Positions 48,401 to 53,475 of a stretch of DNA of 53,475 nucleotides are shown piece after piece; the first letter of the stretch is position 1; every line of letters starts with the position of its first letter. The stretch comes from Pedosphaera sp. (GTDB lineage Bacteria; Verrucomicrobiota; Verrucomicrobiia; Limisphaerales; F1-12-MAGs170), in contig SIBF01000004.1 in NCBI GenBank assembly GCA_009695275.1, positions 1 to 53,475 on the forward strand. The letters run 5' to 3'. Both the position numbers and the translations under genes were made by a program. The notes beneath the pieces were generated by a model. It was not told the DNA's origin. It did not search any database and saw only the letters and a program-made list of their open reading frames with translations.

Positions 48401-49867
48401 CGCGACGCCGGAATCCCACGGGTTGCGGCAGATGTAGTGGAACTTCTCTTCGAGATCGGCGTCGCCACGAATCATGCGGTCGAACGATTCGTTCTCCCAC
48501 ACTTGGCCCGTGGTGTTTTCCGCCTTGTTGATCTCGTGGGCGGTGAACGATTTGATTGAGTGCATCAACTCGGACAGCGGCCAGAACACGGGCTTGCCTT
48601 CCTTGTCCTCCTCTTTGATCTGCGGCTCGAACAGGAAATGAACGTGATCGGGCATGACGCAGGCGGCATACATCTGATAGCGGCGCTGATCGTGTCCGAA
48701 AAGGAGGCTCTTGAGCACGATGTCCTGCGCTTGCGGCGAAAGCTGACGACGCTCGCGCGTTGTGAAACTAACCATGTATTTCGCCCACGGATGCTCGAAG
48801 TGCGGAAGGCGGCGCTTGTAGTAGGTAGCTTGAGGAGCGCGACCGTCACGGTCGCTCTGCTGCGCGTCCCGCGCGGCAGATCCGGGAGCGTGGGAAGCAG
48901 ATGATGCCGTTGGACTCGTCGCGCGCGTGGGATCGGGCGGCGGGACGCCGACCGGGGCGACCGGGACGGTCGCGCTCCCCGCTCCCTGCGGGAGTGTGCT
49001 GCCATAGCGTTTTCCACTCATTGCTTCCAGCGCGTCGAAGATCGGCCGAAAGATGTCGGTTTCATAGTTGGAGATTCTGGCGTTGGCGAAATCGGTCAGA
49101 CCCTTTGTGCCCTGCATGATGCTCGTGACGCGCTCGAAGCCCATGCCCGTATCCACGTGCTGGGCAGGCAACGGGGAGAATGTGCCGTCCGGGTTCGCGT
49201 TGAACTGGATGAAGACCAGGTTCCAGATCTCGATGCAGCGGGCGTCGCCTTTGTTGACAAGTGAACCCTTGGTGTCGCCAGCGGGCGTCAAATCAACGTG
49301 CAGTTCGGAGCAGGGACCGCATGGCCCGGTCTCACCCATCATCCAGAAGTTGTCTTTCTTGTTGCCGTTGACAATGTGGGCGGCGGGATCGAGGCCGACG
49401 CTGCGGAACTTTTCGGCCCAGAAGTTCCATGCTTCCTCGTCGCGCTCGGCAGGATCACCAATGGATTTGTCCGGATTGTAAATCGTGGCATAGAGCCGTT
49501 GGGGCGGAAATTTCCAGACACCGATAACCAATTCCCACGCCCACTCAATAGCCTCTTTCTTGAAGTAATCGCCGAAGGACCAGTTGCCGAGCATTTCGAA
49601 GAACGTGTGGTGGTAGGTATCAAGGCCGACGTCGTCGAGGTCGTTGTGCTTGCCGCCGGCGCGGATGCACTTCTGGGTGTCGGCGGCGCGGCCGGGTGTG
49701 TAGGGGCACCTGGTCTGGCCGAGGAAGATGGGCACGAACTGGTTCATGCCGGCGTTCGTGAACAGGAGGTTCGGCGAATCGGGCATTAGCGAGGACGATG
49801 GGACGATGGAGTGCTGCTTCGACTTGAAGAAGTCGAGAAACGACTGGCGGATTTGCGAACTCGTCAT
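45455..49867 (-). CDS. alaS: alanine–tRNA ligase (AlaS) carrying three in-frame mobile-element-derived insertions (1471 aa)
   Basis: N-terminus [50 protein letters not shown], tRNA-recognition block [37 protein letters not shown], editing-site [31 protein letters not shown], and C-Ala tail [16 protein letters not shown] are all collinear with AlaS. The roughly 600 extra residues map to three discrete stop-free inserts listed as separate features. Confidence 0.85.
   Translation of the reverse strand: [1470 protein letters not shown]
46484..46645. repeat. solo REP-like palindrome inserted in frame in alaS (~53 codons) just upstream of the editing-domain HxxxH region
   Basis: GGAGCGCGACCGTCCCGGTCGC…CTGCGCG-TCTC-GCGCAG…CGGTCGGCG-AGAC-GCCGACCG…GCGACCGGGACGGTCGCGCTCC. 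Translated as [54 protein letters not shown], between …WLHFIE and [17 protein letters not shown]. Confidence 0.8.
47075..47749 (-). mobile_element. second REP–RAYT–REP module in frame in alaS, 225 codons, ~70% identical RAYT core, variant REP termini
   Basis: Core [26 protein letters not shown]…[13 protein letters not shown]…[16 protein letters not shown]…YRWLWTPDA. Flanks GGGAGCGCGCCCGCCCCGGGCG… are GC-variant relatives of the first REP. The right flank is a 129-bp perfect palindrome encoding GSAPAPGG…RGGRAPQ. The insert lies in the helical tRNA-binding domain between …EEASLIQG and [13 protein letters not shown]. Confidence 0.8.
48173..48979 (-). mobile_element. REP–RAYT–REP module (IS200/IS605-like Y1/HuH transposase, TnpA_REP type) inserted in frame in alaS, 269 codons
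   Basis: Flanked by two ~160-bp palindromic REPs with GGAGCGCGACCGTCCCGGTCGC…GCGACCGGGACGGTCGCGCTCC termini, translated as GSATVPV…RDGRAPQ. The core is [26 protein letters not shown]…[13 protein letters not shown] (HuH) …[15 protein letters not shown] (catalytic Tyr) …YRWLWTPDA. It has no stop codon of its own and reads in the alaS frame. The insert sits between the aminoacylation and tRNA-recognition domains. Confidence 0.8.
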
Positions 49868-50077
49868 TCGTTGAAATGTTAAATCGTTAAATTGTGAACC
49901 GTAAAATCTTTGCCGCGAAAGAACGCAGAGAACACAAAGAATTCTTCCGCAACAAGGCGGGGAAACTAGCCGAAACCGTCCACGAGAGGCGAGTGGAAGT
50001 TTTGGCCCTTTTGGAGGTTCCACTGAAGAGGCAAGCGTGCCCGGCAGCCTTTTCCGACAAAACAGCCGGAAGAGTAT

Positions 50078-50740
50078 TCAGGGCATGAAACGGGGGGGAG
50101 GTGCTTTCACGAACGTCGTCGCGCGGAGATAGATGGGTTCAAGCAGCTCTCCTGGCAGGAAGTTGCTTCGCGTAACCGCGAGCTGACCGATGGCAGATGC
50201 GGCTGGCTCAACGTCGTGTGCTGATTGGAATTTTGCGGATAACCCCGGTCCGAAAAGACCACATTGATCACCGAGCAGAGAGTCGAGTTGTTCACGAGAC
50301 TTGAGGTTCATGGCTTCGATAATCGCGATGGTATTCGGGAAAATGTTCAACAAGGTCACGTAGAATTCACCTCGCTGCGCATCAATGGCGATTCGCACTT
50401 TGTCCCGGAGGCCTCTTTGCTGGAGTTGAAATGCGATGGCGTCAGCGCTGCCAACGCCTTGGAGTTTCAGACCTGTCGCCAGTTGCCAGCCCTGGGCGAT
50501 GGAGATGGCTGCCCGGATGCCGGTGTAGGAACCAGGTCCGAGTCCAACCACGATCTCACTTATCTCGCCGCGTTTGAGCCCGGCAACTCCAAGCGCGTTT
50601 TGTATCAACGCCAGCGGACGCACATTGCGATCCCCGGCATCGGCGGCTTCTCCCAGGATCTTCGCGGCACTGTCGCCATTGGCGGAAAGGATCGCCGCGC
50701 TCCGGATATTTCCTGAGAATTCGAGCGCCAATGTGATCAT
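50078..50740 (-). CDS. tsaB: tRNA threonylcarbamoyladenosine biosynthesis protein TsaB (YeaZ)
   Basis: MITLALEFSGNIRSAAIL…VVGLGPGSYTGIRAAISIAQG. Start chosen at MITLAL, 4-bp overlap with tsaE. Confidence 0.8.
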   Translation of the reverse strand: MITLALEFSGNIRSAAILSANGDSAAKILGEAADAGDRNVRPLALIQNALGVAGLKRGEISEIVVGLGPGSYTGIRAAISIAQGWQLATGLKLQGVGSADAIAFQLQQRGLRDKVRIAIDAQRGEFYVTLLNIFPNTIAIIEAMNLKSREQLDSLLGDQCGLFGPGLSAKFQSAHDVEPAASAIGQLAVTRSNFLPGELLEPIYLRATTFVKAPPPRFMP

Positions 50741-51192
50741 GCTTTTCCTGGTTTGATGCCCGTCTCGTCCGGCGTTGTAACGGTGATCCTGCGTTCTGTT
50801 TCGCCCAGAGTTTCGAGCACGACACGCACGAAATCTCCGGGCAATGGACCATTCCAGCGTTCGATCCATTCGATCAAGGCAATACCGTCCGGTTCGAGAT
50901 ATTCGACAAGTCCCGCGCCTATGATTTGAGCATCCGAATCCAGCCGGTAGAAATCAATATGGTGGAGCGGCAGACGTCCGCTGAAGTAGGTATTCAGCAG
51001 GGCGAATGTCGGAGATTGAACACGTTCCTTAACGCCAAGTCCGCGGGCAAAACCTCGTGCAAATTGCGTCTTGCCGGCTCCAAGATCGCCGCTCAGACCG
51101 ATCACGGTGCCCGCTGGCAATATTCCAGCAAGATCGTGCGCGATCGCTTCCGTCTCGGAAGGGCTACGAGAAATGTGTGTAACCGCTGACAT
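50737..51192 (-). CDS. tsaE: tRNA threonylcarbamoyladenosine biosynthesis ATPase TsaE (YjeE)
   Basis: P-loop GDLGAGKTQFARGFARGLG and SPTFALLNTY. Confidence 0.8.
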   Translation of the reverse strand: MSAVTHISRSPSETEAIAHDLAGILPAGTVIGLSGDLGAGKTQFARGFARGLGVKERVQSPTFALLNTYFSGRLPLHHIDFYRLDSDAQIIGAGLVEYLEPDGIALIEWIERWNGPLPGDFVRVVLETLGETERRITVTTPDETGIKPGKA

Positions 51193-52129
51193 TCAGTGGA
51201 CGCAGGCCGAACTTGTCCTGGAGGCGCAAGCCTGGTTTGACGGTGATCTTGCCTACGCACGAGATTTTGAGCGTCGAAAATCTTTGCTTCCAAGCGTCAA
51301 GCAGTGGAACAGCATCAGCGCTCCCGACGGTGAAGAGCAACTCGAAGTCCTCGCCGTCGGTTAATGCGGCGAGCAGCGCCTGGCCGGATGTGTCCACTTC
51401 GATCTCCAGGTTTCCTTTGCCAGGCAGTGCGGTGCGCGCTTTTTGCCGGGCTGCGCGGCTGACCGGAATGGCGCGGCCAAGCAGTTCGGCACCGACACCG
51501 CTACTCTGAAGAATATGGCGCAGATCCCCGGCGATGCCGTCGCTCAGATCCATCATGCTGTGGATGGAGAAGTTTTCCGCCAGCCACCGCGCCTCGGTAA
51601 GGCGCGGCTCGAAGTCGAGATGTTTGCCAAGAATCGAACCGCCCAACTCGCCTGTAACGAAAATGACGTCGCCTGGTTTGGCACCTGCCCGGAGAATCAT
51701 ACGATTCTTTGGCAGCACTCCCGTGACAGTCACGGAAATGAAGATGCGTTCCGGATTGCAGGTGGTTTCTCCGCCGACGATCGCGATGCCGTGTCGTTCG
51801 GCGAGAAGGCGCATCCCGGCGTACAGACCATCGATCCACTCAGGGTCGAAGCCTGGAGGCAAGCCCAGTGTGACCATCGCGTGTCTCGGAGTGCCGGCCA
51901 TGGCGGCAAAATCGCTGAGGCATCGACCGAGCGCTTTGTGCCCGACGCGCGGGGCTTCTGTTTCCGCGGTGAAATGGACGCCCTCGACCACGGCATCTGT
52001 TTTCAACAGCAGAAATTCGCCGGCCAGGCCGATATCCACGACCGCGCAATCGTGGCCTGCGCCGGCAATGACCGAGGAGTTGGTCGGGAGATTGGGAATC
52101 AGCCGTTGGATCAGATCAAACTCGGTCAT
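51164..52129 (-). CDS. thiL: thiamine-monophosphate kinase
   Basis: MTEFDLIQRL…GHDCAVVD…LLKTDAVVEGVHF…DFAAMAGTP…DLSDGIAGDL, AIR-synthase-related fold with ThiL motifs. Confidence 0.85.
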   Translation of the reverse strand: MTEFDLIQRLIPNLPTNSSVIAGAGHDCAVVDIGLAGEFLLLKTDAVVEGVHFTAETEAPRVGHKALGRCLSDFAAMAGTPRHAMVTLGLPPGFDPEWIDGLYAGMRLLAERHGIAIVGGETTCNPERIFISVTVTGVLPKNRMILRAGAKPGDVIFVTGELGGSILGKHLDFEPRLTEARWLAENFSIHSMMDLSDGIAGDLRHILQSSGVGAELLGRAIPVSRAARQKARTALPGKGNLEIEVDTSGQALLAALTDGEDFELLFTVGSADAVPLLDAWKQRFSTLKISCVGKITVKPGLRLQDKFGLRPLNVSGYTHFS

Positions 52130-52149
52130 TGTGAGAGATTCCTGGAGGC

Positions 52150-52866
52150 TCAGGCTCCGGGTGAAAGTGCCACCCGCAGAAAGTTCACAAGGTTGAAGAA
52201 GGCGTGCATGACGATTGAACTTAGCAGGTTGTTGGTGCGCTCGTAAACAAAGGTGAGCATCAGAGCCAGCACGGTGAATGGAAGGATGGTCATTCGATTA
52301 CTATGGATCACCGCGAACAATAGCGACGTGCCCCAAAGCGCCATGCGCGGAAAACCCAACTGCTTGACCGATGGATAGAGGATGCCGCGAAAGACAATCT
52401 CCTCCGCGACCGGTGCCAGGATGACAGCCGCAAAAAAGATCGTGACACTCAAAGGCCAGCCCGGCTGTTTTTGAAGCATTTGCACGGGAGCCTGCAGCTC
52501 CGTCTTCATGCCCAGCAATTGGAAAATAATTGCGGAGAGTTCGCCCAGTCCAATGATCAGCGGGAGAGTGATGACACCGATCAATATTCCGAAGCCCGCC
52601 GCCCGCCACATTCGCGGCGTTGAGAAACCGAAGGCCAGCCCGCTGCCTGTTCCGTGCTCGCGCAGCAGCCATGGTAAAAGCGCAAGGACCACTCCATGAA
52701 AACTCAATGTGCCGCCGATGATCGTGGCATAGTCCTCCGGCACCCGGATCGGCGCATGTTCTGAGGTGAACCACGCCACAAGCAACATGCCGCCGCAAAA
52801 GCCCGCCATCACCAGAAGCAGATACTGCAAGACGATGTCCATCCGCCATGGTTTCTCCGATAACAT
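52150..52866 (-). CDS. CPBP family intramembrane glutamic endopeptidase (CAAX protease-like)
   Basis: EEIVFRGILYP (EExxxR), FAVIHS and HAFFN motifs on a multi-TM scaffold. Confidence 0.8.
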   Translation of the reverse strand: MLSEKPWRMDIVLQYLLLVMAGFCGGMLLVAWFTSEHAPIRVPEDYATIIGGTLSFHGVVLALLPWLLREHGTGSGLAFGFSTPRMWRAAGFGILIGVITLPLIIGLGELSAIIFQLLGMKTELQAPVQMLQKQPGWPLSVTIFFAAVILAPVAEEIVFRGILYPSVKQLGFPRMALWGTSLLFAVIHSNRMTILPFTVLALMLTFVYERTNNLLSSIVMHAFFNLVNFLRVALSPGA

Positions 52867-52958
52867 CCGGCGGAAACTAAGCAGCGGCTTCGTGAGTTAC
52901 GATGGAAAAATGAGGTTGGCGCTGATTGCCGAAGGCTCTTATCCGAATCCATGCAACA

Positions 52959-53130
52959 GGAGCGCGGAATTCATTCCGCGTGGATCCTGCAAGGCCCCAA
53001 GGGCTGTAGGCTCGACGACATGCCAAGTGATCAAAAACCAGGTCATAGGAAAGTGACCAACGCGAAAAGCAATTTGCCGCGGCCGAAATCTCCGGCCAAA
53101 GTGGGAATTCCACGCGGCTGCGGAATAAAT
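52959..53130. repeat. REP-like nested inverted repeat element (GGAGCGCGGAATTCATTCCGCG…CGCGGAATAAATTCCGCGCTCC)
   Basis: 20-bp terminal inverted repeat with 1 mismatch. An inner pair CCGCGTGGAAT/ATTCCACGCGG. Shares the GGAGCGCG terminus with the alaS REPs. Confidence 0.65.
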
Positions 53131-53295
53131 TCCGCGCTCCTATTGAATTGTTCCGCATGTCCGCTGCGAGGCCTCCCCCAATTGACTTACACTCGGTGAA
53201 GTAATGAAAGACAAGCTGTTTTGACTGGCTGTCCCTTCGAACGATGCTTTCGCCACCGTAAAGCCCATCGTTGATGGAATGAAGGACTCTCACCG

Positions 53296-53475
53296 CTTTT
53301 CCATTGAGGGCGCGCTCCCAACCTTGAACCTTGAACCTTGAACCTTGAGTCGAGTAGGTCTCCGCGCGGAGAGGCGTCAGGTGGGAAAGAGAGCTGACCG
53401 CGGAGACTTACTCGACTGTTGGACGAAGCCTAGTCGCGGCTCCCTTATGGGAAAAGTAACGTCCGAGGCCGACTG
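53296..53475. repeat. repeat cluster: …GGCGCGCTCCC terminus, 4× AACCTTG tandem, and 20-bp inverted repeat GAGTCGAGTAGGTCTCCGCG/CGCGGAGACTTACTCGACTG with GTCTC/GAGAC cores
   Basis: Read directly. Runs to the window edge, so possibly truncated. Confidence 0.55.

Noticed and set aside
45455-49867. Intein interpretation of the AlaS inserts
   Set aside because: There are no Hint-domain signatures. An intein would start with Cys/Ser/Thr at the N-terminal splice junction and end with a His-Asn plus a nucleophile at the C-terminal junction; these inserts have neither. Instead they carry HuH Y1-transposase motifs and REP palindromes.
52877-53293. 138-aa minus-strand ORF at the window end
   Set aside because: It is built largely from the REP-like inverted repeats at 52959–53130 and has no protein-like composition.
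1-53475. CRISPR arrays, rRNA and tRNA genes
   Set aside because: No regularly spaced direct repeats with unique spacers, and no rRNA or tRNA signatures, were seen on reading either strand.

Overview
High-GC bacterial chromosomal segment, probably from the Planctomycetota–Verrucomicrobiota group. That placement is an inference from three large secreted PSCyt2/PSD1 (DUF1549/DUF1553, CxxCHDHKxxP motif) proteins, two adjacent DUF1501 partners, and several Tat-signal periplasmic oxidoreductase/isomerase genes. About 45 genes are supportable; no rRNA, tRNA or CRISPR array was seen. The recognisable genes are an M32 carboxypeptidase, UvrD helicase, type-I-beta DAHP synthase, a tandem universal stress protein, a three-gene lipid head-group-like cluster, a MacB/FtsX-type ABC pair, epoxide-hydrolase-like hydrolase, DHFR, an NfeD–flotillin operon, beta-carbonic anhydrase, an OMP–ZnuA–ZnuB zinc-uptake locus, a TPR protein, Lrp/AsnC, a Gfo/Idh/MocA oxidoreductase, an acyltransferase-3, TsaB, TsaE, ThiL and a CPBP protease. 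The most unusual feature is alaS, alanyl-tRNA synthetase, on the minus strand at 45455..49867. It reads as one uninterrupted 1471-codon frame, about 600 codons longer than a normal AlaS. The extra length comes from three stop-free, same-frame insertions at loop positions. Two are complete REP–RAYT–REP modules carrying IS200/IS605-like Y1/HuH transposase domains with intact HxH and catalytic-Tyr motifs. The third is a solo palindromic REP. The same REP family has GGGGAGCGCG…CGCGCTCCCC termini and inner hairpins with GTCTC/GAGAC loops. It also occurs intergenically at 44049..44193 and near the window end, so it is a mobile repeat family that in alaS has become, or is maintained as, translated sequence. 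Coordinates follow the ORF track; internal start codons were chosen by signal-peptide or motif logic.
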